A stretch of DNA of 64,000 nucleotides from Anaeramoeba ignava BMAN (taxonomy: Eukaryota > Protista > Anaeramoebae): contig JAPDFW010000103.1 in assembly GCA_028826165.1 (NCBI GenBank), positions 372,001 through 436,000 on the forward strand, given 5' to 3'. The notes under the pieces were generated by a model that worked only from the letters and a program-made list of their open reading frames with translations, ran no database searches and had not been told where the DNA came from. The position numbers and the translations under genes were made by a program. Positions 1 to 13,608 of this stretch are shown here, one piece after another (within the stretch, counting starts at the first letter, position 1; the number at the start of each line of letters is the position of its first letter).

Positions 1-640
1 AATAAATAAATTTTATCAATCTATTTTATAATTTTATTAATTAATTTTATCAATAATTTTGAATGAACTTAATAAATAAATTTTATCAATCTATTTTGAA
101 TGAACTTAATGAATAAATTTTATCAATCCATTTTATAATTTTATTAATTAATTTTATCAATAATTTTGAATGAACTTAATAAATAAATTTTATCAATATA
201 TTTTATAATTTTATCAATCTATTTTGAATGAACTTAATAAATAAATTTTATCAATCTATTTTATAATTTTATTAATTAATTTTATCAATAATTTTGAATG
301 AACTTAATGAATAAATTTTATCAATAAATTTTATAATTTTATATTTTAATTTTATCAATAATTTTGAATGAACTTGATAAATAAATTTTATCAATCTATT
401 TTATAATTTTATATTTTATAATTTTATGAATTAATTTTATATTTTATATTTTATATTTTATCAATAATTTTGAATGAACTTAATAAATAAATTTTATCAA
501 TCTATTTTATAATTTTATATTTTATATTTTATATTTTATATTTTATATTTTAATTTGATAAATAAATTCTATAAATTATAAATTCCATTGATAAATTTTA
601 TAAATCAATTTTATAAATCAATTTTATAAATCTATTCAAG
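1..640. repeat. Intronic degenerate minisatellite (aataaataaattttatcaat...tgaatgaactt blocks)
   Basis: Repeated tgaatgaactt and ttttatcaat blocks inside the PP4 intron that follows exon 732-657. Confidence 0.8.
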
Positions 641-656
641 ATAAATTCCAATTTAC

Positions 657-2532
657 TTTCAGGATCACTCCAAAGAAGATCACACATTGGTCCATCATGC
701 GGAACTTCTTGTTTACGATCTATATTTCTAATCTATTAAAAACAATAAAAAAAGCAAACAAAATTGTTTGTTTGTTTTCAAATCTTTTTAATTTTTAAAA
801 ATTTTTACTTCATCAATTGTCTCAATACTTGGTGATAATCCACCATGAACACAAAAGTAACGATTTCCGATCATTGCTCCAAGTGCAATATAATCAAAAA
901 CTTCTGTGCAATATCTCCATACATTTATTCCTCCATATTTTTTAAGGCACTCATCATAAAATCCATAAACCTATTTACAGAATTTCGAGAATTAAATTGA
1001 AATAAAAGTGATATAGAATTTTAATTATAAATTTTAATTATAAATTTTAATTATAAATTTAATTATAAATTTTAATTATAAATTTAATTATAAATTTAAT
1101 TATAAATTTTAATTATAAATTTAATTATAAATTTAATTATAAATTTAATTTTAATTATTAATTATAAATTTAATTTTAATTATAAATTTTAATTTTAATT
1201 TTACTTGAGTTATTTGTCGACTTTCGTGATTTCCTCGAATTAATGTAATTCTTTTTGGATATCGGACCTTTAATGCAAGAAGAAGTAAAAAAGTTTCTAC
1301 TGAAAAATATCCACGATCTACAAAATCTCCCATAAAAAGATAATTTGTATAAGGGCATTGCCCTCCAATTGAGAAAAGCTCTTTTAAATCATAAAATTGA
1401 CCATGTACATCTCCACAAATCTAATTTATTTTATAAATTTAATTATAAATTTAATTATAAATTTAATTATAAATTTAATTATAAATTTAATTATAAATTT
1501 AATTATAAATTTAATTATAAATTTAATTATAAATTTAATTATAAATATAATTATAAATTTAATTATAAATATAATTATAAATTTAATTATAAATTTAATT
1601 ATAAATTTAATTATAAATTTAATTATAAATTTAATTATAAATTTAATTATAAATTTAATTATAAATTTAATTATAAATATAATTATAAATTTAATTATAA
1701 ATTTAATTATATATTTAATTATAAATTTTTGTTATAAATATAATTATAAATATAATTATAAATTTAATTATATATTTAATTATAATATAATTATAAATTT
1801 TTTGTTATAAATATAATTATAAATTTAATTATAAATATAATTATAAATTTAATTATAAATATAATTATAAATTTAATTATAAATTTAATTATAAATTTAA
1901 ATATAAATTTAATTATAAATTTAATTATAAATATAATTATAAATTTAATTATAAATTTAATTATAAATTTAATTATAAATTTTGTTATAAATATAATTAT
2001 AAATATAATTATAAATATAATTATAAATATAATTATAAATATATAATTATAAATATAATTATAAATATAATTATAAATATAATTATAAATTTAATTATAA
2101 ATTTTATTATAAATTTAATTATAAATTTAATTATAAATTTTGTTATAAATATAATTATAAATTTTGTTATAAATATAATTATAAATTTTATTATAAATTT
2201 AATTATAAATTTTGTTATATATTTAATTATAAATTTAATTATAAATTTAATTATAAATTTTGTTATAAATATAATTATAAATTTAATTATAAATTTAATT
2301 ATAAATTTAATTATAAATTTTGTTATATATTTAATTATAAATTTAATTATAAATTTTGTTATAAATTTCGTTAACAAAATATTACAGTAACAGGCGGTTC
2401 TATTGGAATAACATTAGCCTCTTCTATAAAAATATCTCTCGCAAGATCACAAATTTGTTTAACTGCATTTTCTGGAATTAATTGACATTTATATAAATTT
2501 TCAATATGTTCATCTAATTCTTTTGAATCCAT
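657..2532 (-). CDS. PPP4C: Ser/Thr protein phosphatase 4 catalytic subunit (3' end runs off the window start)
   Basis: Exons 2532-2386, 1420-1205, 970-809, 732-657 with GT-AG introns give [11 protein letters not shown]...[12 protein letters not shown]...GDFVDRG...[19 protein letters not shown]...[32 protein letters not shown] is PP4-type rather than PP2A (DRLQEVPHEGP). Confidence 0.9.
1425..2375. repeat. Intronic 12-bp tandem repeat (AATTATAAATTT)n
   Basis: Fills PP4 intron 1; the same unit fills the PP4 intron at 1020-1200 and the intron at 50330-52380. Confidence 0.9.
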
Positions 2533-2938
2533 TCTAAAAAAAAAATAGAAATCAAAAATAAAAAATAATAAAAAATAATTTTAATTTTATGTCAACGTTA
2601 AATTGTTTTTTTTTTGTGTTTATTTAACAAAAAAGAAAAATAACAAATGACGTTACACAATAAAAGAGAAATTGTAGAATTGATAAAGAAGAAAAAGAAA
2701 TAAAAAGGAACAAAAAAAAAATGAAAAAAATGAAAAAAATGAAAAAAAAAAGATCAAAAAAAAAATTTTCTCCTTTGTTATTTTTTTATTTTAAAATCAA
2801 AATCAAAATCAAAATCAAAATCAAAATCAAAATTAAAAGAATTGGATTGAAATTTAGAGAAGAATTTTGCTAAAATTGTTTATCAAAGAAAAAAAAAAGG
2901 AGAAAATGGACGATTGAAGAAAAAAAAAGGAAGAGGAA

Positions 2939-5900
2939 TTAAATCTGTTCTACATAATTGTAAGGGAATGTTCCTTTTTGTCCGTTAATTTCACCATGCC
3001 ACCAACCAGAATCATCTTTTTTAATTAAAATAATTATATCTCCTTTTGAAAATGTAAGTTCATCAGAGCTTGTAGCTTCATAAGTAAATAATGCTTTTAA
3101 TCGTATTTCATTTGTTTTTGGAGAAGTTGATCTTGCTCTTGGAATTGGTGGTGGACCTTTAATATTAAATTTTAATATAAATTTTGATATTAATTTTGAT
3201 ATTAATTTTATTATTAATTTTAATATTAATTATGATATTAATTTTAATATAAATTTTGATATAAATTTTGATATTAATTTTGATATTAATTTTAATATTA
3301 ATTTTAATATTAATTTTAATATAAATTTTAATATTAATTTTGATATTAATTTTAATATTAATTTTGATATAAATTTTGATATAAATTTTGATATTAATTT
3401 TGATATTAATTTTGATATTAATTTTGATATTAATTTTGATATTAATTTTGATATTAATTTTGATATTAATTTTGATATTAATTTTGATAGGAATTTTTAA
3501 TATTAATTTTAATTATAAATTTTTGATATTAATTTTTGATATTAATTTTGATATTAATTTTGATATTAAATTTTGATATTAATTTTGATATAAATTTTGA
3601 TATAAATTTTGATATTAATTTTGATATAAATTTTGATATTAATTTTAATATTAATTTTAATATTAATTTTGATATAAATTTTGATATTAATTTTAATATT
3701 AATTTTAATATTAATTTTGATATTAATTTTGATATAAATTTTGATATTAATTTTAATATTAATTTTGATATTAATTTTGATATTAATTTTAATATTAATT
3801 TTGATATTAATTTTGATATTAATTTTGATATTAATTTTGATATTAATTTTTGATATTAATTTTGATATTAATTTTGATATTAATTTTTGATATAAATTTT
3901 AATATTAATTTTAATATTAATTTTGGATATTAATTTTGATATAAATTTTGATATTAATTTTGATATAAATTTTGATATTAATTTTAATATTAATTTTAAT
4001 ATAAATTTTGATATTAATTTTAATATTAATTTTAATATTAATTTTGATATTAATTTTGATATAAATTTTTGATATAAATTTTGATATTAATTTTGATATT
4101 AATTTTAATATTAATTTTAATATTAATTTTAATATTAATTTTAATATTAATTTTAATATTAATTTTGATATTAATTTTGATATAAATTTTAATATAAATT
4201 TTGATATTAATTTTGATATTAATTTTAATATAAATTTTGATATTAATTTTTGATATAAATTTTGATATTAATTTTGATATTAATTTTAATATTAATTTTG
4301 ATATTAATTTTGATATTAATTTTGATATTAATTTTGATATTAATTTTGATATTAATTTTAATATTAATTTTAATATTAATTTTAATATTAAATTTTGATA
4401 TTAATTTTGATATTAATTTTAATATTAATTTTGATATTAATTTTTGATATAAATTTTAATATAAATTTTGATATAAATTTTGATATTAATTTTGATATAA
4501 ATTTTGATATTAAATTTTGATATTAATTTTTGATATAAATTTTGATATTAATTTTGATATTAATTTTGATATTAATTTTTGATATAAATTTTAATATAAA
4601 TTTTGATATTAAATTTTGATATAAATTTTGATATAAATTTTATATATAAATTTTAATATTAATTTTTAATATAAATTTTGATATTAAATTTTGATATTAA
4701 TTTTGATATTAATTTTGATATTAATTTTGATATAAATTTTGATATAAATTTTAATATTAATTTTAATATTAATTTTAATATTAATTTTGATATAAATTTT
4801 GATATAAATTTTGATATAAATTTTAATATTAATTTTAATATTAATTTTAATATTAATTTTAATATTAATTTTAATATTAATTTTGATATTAATTTTGATA
4901 TTAATTTTGATATTAATTTTAATATTAATTTTGATATTAATTTTGATATTAATTTTGATATAAATTTTGATATTAATTTTGATATTAATTTTTGATATTA
5001 ATTTTGATATTAATTTTTGATATTAATTTTGATGTAAATTTTGATATTAATTTTGATATAAATTTTGATATTAATTTTGATATTAATTTTAATATTAATT
5101 TTAATATTAATTTTGATATAAATTTTGATATTAATTTTGATATAAATTTTGATATTAATTTTAATATAAATTTTGATATAAATTTTAATATTAATTTTGA
5201 TATTAATTTTGATATTAATTTTGATATTAATTTTGATATTAATTTTGATATAAATTTTGATATTAATTTTGATATAAATTTTGATATTAATTTTGATATT
5301 AATTTTGATATAAATTTTAATATTAATTTTGATATAAATTTAAATATAAAATTAAATTTTAATACCTCTTGATCTAGGAGTAACAGAAGGTCCTCTAGTA
5401 GGAGAAGAAACTCTAGAACGAATGGGAGGACCACGAGTAGGAGAATTAGATTTAGGGGAAACAGTTCTAGCTCGCGGAGTAAGAGGAGGCGGACTTCTTG
5501 AGGTTGTAGATCTAGGAGAAATAGATCTAGGAGAAGTAGATCTAGCTCTTGGAGTAAGAGGAGGAGGACCTCTTGAAGTTCTTGGCGGAGGAATTTTGGG
5601 AGAATTAGTAGGAGAGGATGATCTAGCGCGCGGAGTAATAGGAGGCGGACCTCTGCGAGATCGTGGTGTGGGACGAGGACCTGTTGGAATCACAGGTGGT
5701 GGTCCTCTTCCTGTTCGTGGAGGTGGAGAACTGTTGGTCTCAGTTGGTGAATACCCTCCACCACTGTTGTCACTATATCCCCCCTTAAACGCTATTGCTC
5801 GCGGTCGAGTATCTGAAGATAACCCCTGGATAACCCCCACTGATAAAGACTTGCTACTTCCCTTCAAATTCGGGAAAAATGGATTTGCTGTTGAATCCAT

Positions 5901-8900
5901 TTTGAATGAGATTTCTCGGAAATTCCCCTTTTTTTCTTTCGATTGAAATGAGTCGCTAAAAGTTAATGTGAAAGATCCTCCAATTGCTTCTATTTTTTCT
6001 TTTAAAACCGTTATCAACTCTGTTTTCTTATCATCTTCAATGAAAAAATCATAATCACTAATTTTGAGATTTACAAATGAATCTGCAAGAGTGGAAAGCT
6101 GCGCGCCTTGGATATTCATGAGGGGTATTCTGCGAGCAATCTGAAGCTGTTTGATTTTCTTCTTGTTGACCTTAATACTAACGAGAGCAATTGAATACAA
6201 AGCGTTCTCAGTAACCAATAAATCACGATCTTCTCTTCGCGCGATCTTTCGGAATCTTGAGTAACCGACTAAATATACTTTGTTAGAATAAAACAACTTC
6301 TCGTTTTCATAGTTCGCTTTTTCCATCACAAGTCGGATTTTTGGATTTGACATGTAGTTAATGTAATCACCGTTGAAAACACGATTTATTGATAACCTTC
6401 TGCGCTGTTTTTTCCCGAATAGAAGATCCGAAGCTTGCGCGCGCAGCTCGAGAAAATATTTCCTTGCCTTCCACATTCGGTAGCATTTTTGGATCTTTCG
6501 TGCTGATTCGTGGTATTTTCTCTCGCGCATTTCTTCGATCAAGAAAAGTGATTCAGGATGACGAATAAAAACCTTTGTTTTTCCAAGTTGCCATTCTTTT
6601 TGGTCGAGTTGAATGTAATTCAAAAGGATCTTGCAGCCCTCTTCAGGCGGGCCTTTGAAATAGGGCCATGTCTTATCACAAAGCACACCGTAATGATGAA
6701 CAAAACGGTCGAATTCCTGTCGAAACGCAAAACCTGCTCTTCTGACTCTAACGTTTTCAAGAAGACCCAAGTATCTTACTTGATGGGTCACTAATTCAGT
6801 GTCTGATGTGCATGGTTTCTTGTTGGGATTGGGTCGGATGCAACGGATGTAACTTGGTACGCATTTCATCAGATTTTCAACCAATTCACTTGCGTTTTCT
6901 CTCACTTTTGTTCCAGTTGAAGTTGGTCTTTTTTTATTATCACTTGATATTTTTTCTGGGAAGAGAGAAACAAGAAATCCGAAATCACTTGATTGCGCCA
7001 GTTGTATCAAATCATTGAACAAAGTGTCAGTATTTTTCTCGCAAAAACCGAATGCCTCATATTCCACTTCACCTGCATAATGGTGGATCGAGAACCGAGT
7101 GCTTGATTGCATTGACCGCATGTATCGTTGATGTCCGTTGAGTTGCTCGTCAAGCTTCACAAGGAATTTCTCGTCTTGGCTTTGGATCTGACTCTGAGGC
7201 ATCAAACATACATCGTTCAATATTGTTATGATTCCCGGCGGTTTTTTCCCTTCAATTAAATCACAACAGATTTTGTTGTCAAAATAATCAATCGGTTCCC
7301 ATTTGATTCCCTCTTTGACATATTCCTCCTGCTCCATTTTCAATGTTAATTCAATGAAGATTTGCTGCAGTTTCTCGTTGACAAAATTAATGCAAAACTG
7401 TTCGAACCCGTTATTTTTGAAAATTTCAAACCCGAAAATATCCAGAATGCCAAGAACTAAAACACTATCTGTTTCCCCCAATGCCTTATTAACACAATCC
7501 ACGACATAATCAAACATTCGCGTGTAGATAGCCTTTGCAAGGGCGTCTCTTGAGAAATACGCTTGATCAACATTTTGAGGAACATTATAAGTGGTTCCTC
7601 TTCTTGAGGTTGACATTCCAGTTTGGATTGTTCGGAAAGTGAGAGAATAAGATAACGCCATTGGATCCACTCCGAGCAAGCCTGCAGTCCAAGAGAGTTG
7701 GTTTTCATCCTGTACTTTTGAATTTCCGTTATCATCAGGATAAAACGTGATATTTCCCAAATGAATGATTGCTGCGACTGTTCGAAATAGGTCGTTTTGT
7801 TCATCCTCACTTAGTCCGATATCTGTCATTGATTGTCTTGTTAAATTGTATTCTTTTGTTTCATCCATTCCGTCTGTCTGTGGTTTTTGTCCTTGGTTTG
7901 TGTAGAAGAAATCATCTGGTGATGTTATTCCGAAATATTCTCGTACATCTTTTGGTGCTCCCATTGTGAGTTGATAAAATATGTGGAATGTTCTTTCTCC
8001 TAGTTGTTGATATACTACTCGTGATTTTTCTAGTAAGTAATTTCGTACTCTTCCTCCTTCTGGTGATCCGAATTCATTGAATTGAATTTCCAAGTATTTT
8101 CCCTAATTTTATAAAAAAAATCAATTCAAAATCAATTTTCAATTAAAATTTAAATAAAAATAATTTAAATTTTTTGCTTACAAATCTACTTGAATTGTTG
8201 TTTTGTAATGTTGTTGCATTTCCAAATGATTCTAAAATTTGATTACTTTGTAAAATGACTTGTTTTACTTTTTCTATTCCTGGTCCTCCTCCTGAAACTG
8301 CTGAAATATATTGCATAATTAATTTAGCTGATTCTGTTTTTCCTGCTCCACTCTCACCTCTAATTTTTAATTTTTAATTTAATATTTGATTTGATTTGAT
8401 TTAATTTAATTTGATTTAATTTAATTTAATTTGATTTAATTTAATTAAATTTGATTTAATTTGATTTAATTTGATATTTGATTTAATTTGATTTGATTTG
8501 ATTTAATTTAATTTAATTTGATTTGATTTAATTTAATTTGATTTGATTTAATTTGATTTAATTTAATTTGATTTGATTTGATTTGATTTAATTTGATTTG
8601 ATTTGATTTAATTTGATTTAATTTAATTTAATTTGATTTAATTTAATTTAATTTAATTTGATTTGATATTTGATTTAATTTGATTAAATTTGATTTAATT
8701 TAATTTAATTTGATTTAATTTAATTTGATTTGAATTTGATATTTAATTTAATTTGATATTTAATTTGATTTAATATTTGATTTGATTTAATTTAATTTGA
8801 TTTGATTTGATTTGATTTAATTTAATTTGATTTAATTTGATTTGATTTGATTTAATTTGATTTGATTTGATTTGATTTAATTTAATTTGATTTAATTTGA

Positions 8901-10688
8901 TTTGATTTGATTTAATTTGATTTGATTTGATATTTGATATTTGATTTGATATTTGATATTTAATTTGATTTGATATTTAATTTGATTTAATTTAATTTAA
9001 TTTAATTTAATTTAATTTAATTTAATTTAATTTGATTTGATTTAATTTGATTTGATTTAATTTGATTTAATTTGATTTAATTTAATTTAATTTAATTTGA
9101 TTTGATTTAATTTAATTTAATTTAATTTAATTTAATTTGATTTAATTTAATTTAATTTAATTTAATTTAATTAAATTTGATTTGATTTGATTTAATTTAA
9201 TTTTTGATTTATTTAATTTAATTTGATTTAATTTAATTTAATTTGAGTTTAATTTAATTTGATTTAATTTGATTTGATATTTAATTTGATTTAATTTAAT
9301 TTAATTTAATTTAATTTGATTTGATTTAATTTAATTTAATTTAATTTAATTTGATTTAATTTGATTTAATTTAATTTAATTTGATATTTAATTTGATTTA
9401 ATTTAATTTAATTTGATTTAATTTAATTTAATTTGATTTGATTTAATTTAATTTAATTTAATTTAATTTGATTTAATTTGATTTGATTTAATTTGATTTG
9501 ATTTGATTTGATTTTAATTTGATTTAATTTGATTTTTTATTTAATTTAATTTAAATTTTGAATTTGATTTAATTTAATTTAATTTAATTTAATTTGATTT
9601 AATTTAATTTAATTTAAATTTAATTTGATTTAATTTTTAATTTAATATTTAATTTAATTTAATTTAATTTAATTTAATTTAATTTGATTTAATTTAATTT
9701 AATTTAATTTAATTTGATTTAATTTGATTTGATATTTGATTTAATTTGATTTAATTTAAATTTGATTTAATTTGATTTAATTTGATTTGATTTAATTTAA
9801 TTTGATTTGATTTGATTTGATTTAATTTAATTTGATTTAATTTGATTTGATATTTAATTTGATTTGATTTAATTTAATTTAATTTAATTTGATTTAAATT
9901 TGATTTAATTTGATATTTAATTTGAATTTGATTTGATTTAATTTAATTTTATTGATTTGAATTCTATTCTTTCACAATTCAAAAATTGAAAAAAAATTGA
10001 TCAATCAAAATTATTCAACATTTAAAAAGTTTAATAATCAAAGAAAATCAAAAAAAAAATTTTTTTTACGTGATAATAATAGCTTGACTTTGTTTTCTTG
10101 AAGTTAAATCATGATAAACTCTATCAGCTAAAGAATATATATGAGGAGCCAATTCATGTGAATATTTTCCTCTATATTCTTTAATCTTCTCATCTGAATA
10201 CATTCCATCAATTTTTCTGTAAGGATTAACTGCAATAAGTACAAAACCAATATAAGTCTAATTGGATTCAATTCAATAAAAAATAAAATCAATTAAAAAT
10301 AAAATTAGTTAATTATCCATTTTTAAGATCTCAATGTTTTAATAATTTTCATAAATTAATCAAAATCAAATCAATTTAAAAAAATAAGAAAAATAAATCA
10401 ATTCAAAATTAATTAAAAAAGAAGAAAAAAAAAAGAAAAAAAGAAAAAAAAAAGTTCATTTATAATCATTATTCAAATTTATTATTTTAATTTAAATTTT
10501 CTTTTTATTCTTTTCCCATTTTAAATTTTAAGAAAGATTATAATAAAAAAGTTGTTAATTACATAAATAATTTCTGCTTGTAATCTTTTTTTTAAATTTT
10601 CAACAATTTGAGATTCATTAATTTTGGTTAAAAGAACAAGATCATCAACTCCAACTCGATTTGATGTTGATTCCCAAGTAAATCCCAT
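2939..10688 (-). CDS. Long-tailed class I myosin (motor, IQ, TH1, Pro/Ser/Arg-rich TH2, SH3)
   Basis: Exons 10688-10563, 10257-10070, 8359-8182, 8102-5366, 3156-2939. P-loop GESGAGKT, switch I NNNSSRFGKY, switch II DIFGFE, TEDS site [12 protein letters not shown]-terminal SH3 [19 protein letters not shown]...GWWHGE...GTFPYNYV. Confidence 0.95.
3160..5360. repeat. Intronic 12-bp tandem repeat (TTTTGATATTAA)n
   Basis: About 2.2 kb filling the last myosin intron; source of the INFD/ILIL/KLIS spurious ORFs. Confidence 0.92.
8365..9960. repeat. Intronic pentamer microsatellite (ATTTA/ATTTG)n
   Basis: Fills myosin intron 8360-10069. Confidence 0.92.
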
Positions 10689-11099
10689 TTTAAATAAAAA
10701 TTAAAAAAATTAAAAAAATTAAAAAAAGAAAAATGAAAATTATTAAAATTAAAAAAAATTTTTTTTTTGCCTCCTTTTTTTTTAAATTTAAATTTTAATT
10801 TTGTTTTTTAATTTTAATTTAAAACAAAAACAAAAAATGAAAAAAAAAAAAATCAATTAATAAATTAATGAAATTTTTTCCAATAATTTTAATTAAAAAA
10901 ATTAAAGATCTTTTTATAAAATAATAAAATCGAAAAAATCCAAAAAAAAAAAAAAAATCAATTAATAAAATTTAATTTAAATTTGATGAAAGCAAAAATT
11001 AAAAAAAATAATTTAATCAATTTATAAAAAATTATTTAAAATTTGTTTTAACTGTTCTTAAAAAAAAATTATTACAAATTTCCCCATTTCCTTTTTTAA

Positions 11100-11913
11100 T
11101 CTATTTATTAAATTATTTATTAAATTATTTATTAAATTATTTATTAAATTATTTATTAATTAATTTATTTATTAAATTATTTATTAAATTATTTATTAAA
11201 TTATTTATTAAATTATTTATTAATTTATTTATTAAATTATTTATTAAATTATTTATTAATTTATTTATTAATTTATTTATTAAATTATTTATTAAATTAT
11301 TTATTAATTTATTTATTAATTTATTTATTAATTTATTTATTAAATTATTTATTAAATTTATTTATTAATTTATTTATTAATTTATTTATTAAAATTTATT
11401 TATTAAATTATTTATTAAATTATTTATTAAAATTATTTATTAATTTATTTATTAATTTATTTATTAAATTATTTATTAATTTATTTATTTTATTAATTTA
11501 TTTATTAATTAATTTATTAATTAATTTATTAAATTTATTAAAATTTATTTATTAAATTTATTTATTAAATTTATTTATTTAAATTATTTATTCCACATTT
11601 TATTCCACATTTTTTATTCCACATTTTATTTATTAATTTATTTATTTATTAATTTATTTATTAATTTATTTTATTAATTTATTTATTAATTTATTTATTA
11701 ATTTATTTATTAATTTATTTATTAATTTATTTATTAAATTTATTTATTAATTTATTTATTAATTTATTTATTAAATTATTTATTCCACATTTTATTCCAC
11801 ATTTTTATTCCACATTTTATTTATTAATTAATTTAATTTATTTATTTATTTTTATTTATTTTATTTATTAATTTATTTATTAAATTATTTTATTTATTAA
11901 TTTATTTATTAAT

Positions 11914-11964
<51 letters not shown>

Positions 11965-11966
11965 TT

Positions 11967-12009
<43 letters not shown>

Positions 12010-12011
12010 TT

Positions 12012-12071
<60 letters not shown>

Positions 12072-12310
12072 TTATTTATTAAATTATTTATTTATTTATT
12101 TATTTATTAAATTATTTATTAATTTATTTATTAAATTATTTATTAAATTTATTTATTTATTTATTAATTTATTTATTCCACATTTTATTCCACATTTTAT
12201 TTATTAATTTATTTATTTATTTATTTATTAATTTATTTATTAATTTATTTATTAAATTATTTATAAAATTATTTATTAATTTATTTATTTATTTATTTAT
12301 TTATTAATTT
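11100..12310. repeat. Intergenic (TTTA)n/(TTATTAAATTAT)n repeat with embedded TATTCCACATTT units
   Basis: Lies between the divergently transcribed myosin and ferritin genes. Confidence 0.85.
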
Positions 12311-12521
12311 TTTATTGGAGAATGCAAACAAAAAGGGGGTTTAAAATTGAAAAAAAAATGCGAAAATAAGAAATGAAGTAGAAAAGAAAGAGGAAATAGG
12401 GGTTTAAAATCAAAAGAAAAAAAGATCAAAAAGATCAATAAAAAAATAAAAAAAAATAAAAAAAAATAAAAAAAATAAAAAATCATTTTTTTTGTTTCAA
12501 ATCAAATCAAAAAAGAAAGAA

Positions 12522-13025
12522 ATGAACGCAAAATTAGTAGAACAGATCAACATTCAAATCCGAGAAGAATATGATAGTGGATTTTTATATTTAGCAATGG
12601 TAGGATGGTGTCGAAGAAACGGATATCCAGGAGCAGCCCATTGGCTACAACTTCAAGTTCAAGAAGAATTTTCACACGCACTTAAATTTTTCAACTATTT
12701 AGCAAACAATAAAGAAGTTGCAATGGTTTTACCTCATAAACAACAACCAACTGAATTTGAAGGTTTGCTTCCTATTTTTCAAGCTGCAATGAAACATGAA
12801 AAATATATCACTGGTAAAATTAAAGACCTTTGTAAATTGGCTGATGAACTTGATGATAAAAAAACTAGACAATTTCTTGTTTGGTATGAAGATGAACAAG
12901 TTGAAGAAGAAGAAAATGCTCAAGCAAATTTGGATCTTTTTAAGAAATTTGATAATGATTTCTCAAAAGTTGATGCTCAAATGGCTAAAAGAGTTATTTC
13001 CACAACTGAAGATGAAAAGAAATAA
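12522..13025 (+). CDS. Non-heme ferritin, prokaryotic FtnA type
   Basis: Intronless, about 167 aa. Ferroxidase pattern IREEY..FLYLAM..QEEFSH..KHEKYIT..FLVWYEDEQVEEE matches bacterial/archaeal Ftn. Confidence 0.92.
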   Translation: MNAKLVEQINIQIREEYDSGFLYLAMVGWCRRNGYPGAAHWLQLQVQEEFSHALKFFNYLANNKEVAMVLPHKQQPTEFEGLLPIFQAAMKHEKYITGKIKDLCKLADELDDKKTRQFLVWYEDEQVEEEENAQANLDLFKKFDNDFSKVDAQMAKRVISTTEDEKK

Positions 13026-13154
13026 CTTTTTCCTTTTTTCCTTTTTCCTCTTTTCTTTTTTCTTTTCTTTTTCTTTTTTTTTCATTCAATTTCTAATTAA
13101 AAAAAATCTCCCAAAACAAAAACCAAATGGAATTTTATTTCAATTTATTTCAAA

Positions 13155-13600
13155 TTTTGATTTTGATTATAATTTTGATTATAATTTTAAATTTTGATTT
13201 TGATTATAATTTTGATTTTGATTTTGATTTTGATTTTGATTTTGATTTTAATTTTAATTTTGATTTTAATTTTGATTATAATTTTGATTTTGATTATAAT
13301 TTTGATTATAATTATGATTTATGATTTTGATTTAAATTTTAATTTTGATTTTAATTTTAATTTCAAATTTAAATTTTAATTTTGATTTTGATTTTAATTT
13401 TGATTATGATTTTGATTATAATTATAATTTTGATTTTCATTTTGATTTTGATTTTGATTCTGATTTTGATTTTGATTTTGATTATAATTTTGATTTTGAT
13501 TTTCATTTTGATTTTCATTTTGATTTTAATTTTGATTTTAATTTTGATTTAAATTTCAAATTTTGATTATAATTTTAATTTTGATTATAATTTTGATTTA
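13155..13600. repeat. Intergenic hexamer repeat (TTTTGA)n
   Basis: Between the convergent ferritin and membrane-protein genes. Confidence 0.85.
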
Positions 13601-13608
13601 AATAAATA

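Noticed and set aside
1345-5372. Long ORFs such as YKFN, LIIN, INFD and KLIS repeats (also 50644-51601, 54042-54494, 58300-58732)
   Set aside because: They are translations of stop-free frames of intronic or intergenic 6/12-bp repeats, mostly bounded by splice sites of real genes.
5422-5946. 174-aa Gly-rich plus-strand ORF
   Set aside because: Antisense shadow of the Pro-rich myosin tail.
11588-12200. TTATTCCACA as bacterial DnaA boxes / oriC
   Set aside because: It has an extra T relative to TTATCCACA and sits in eukaryotic context; kept only as an unexplained motif.
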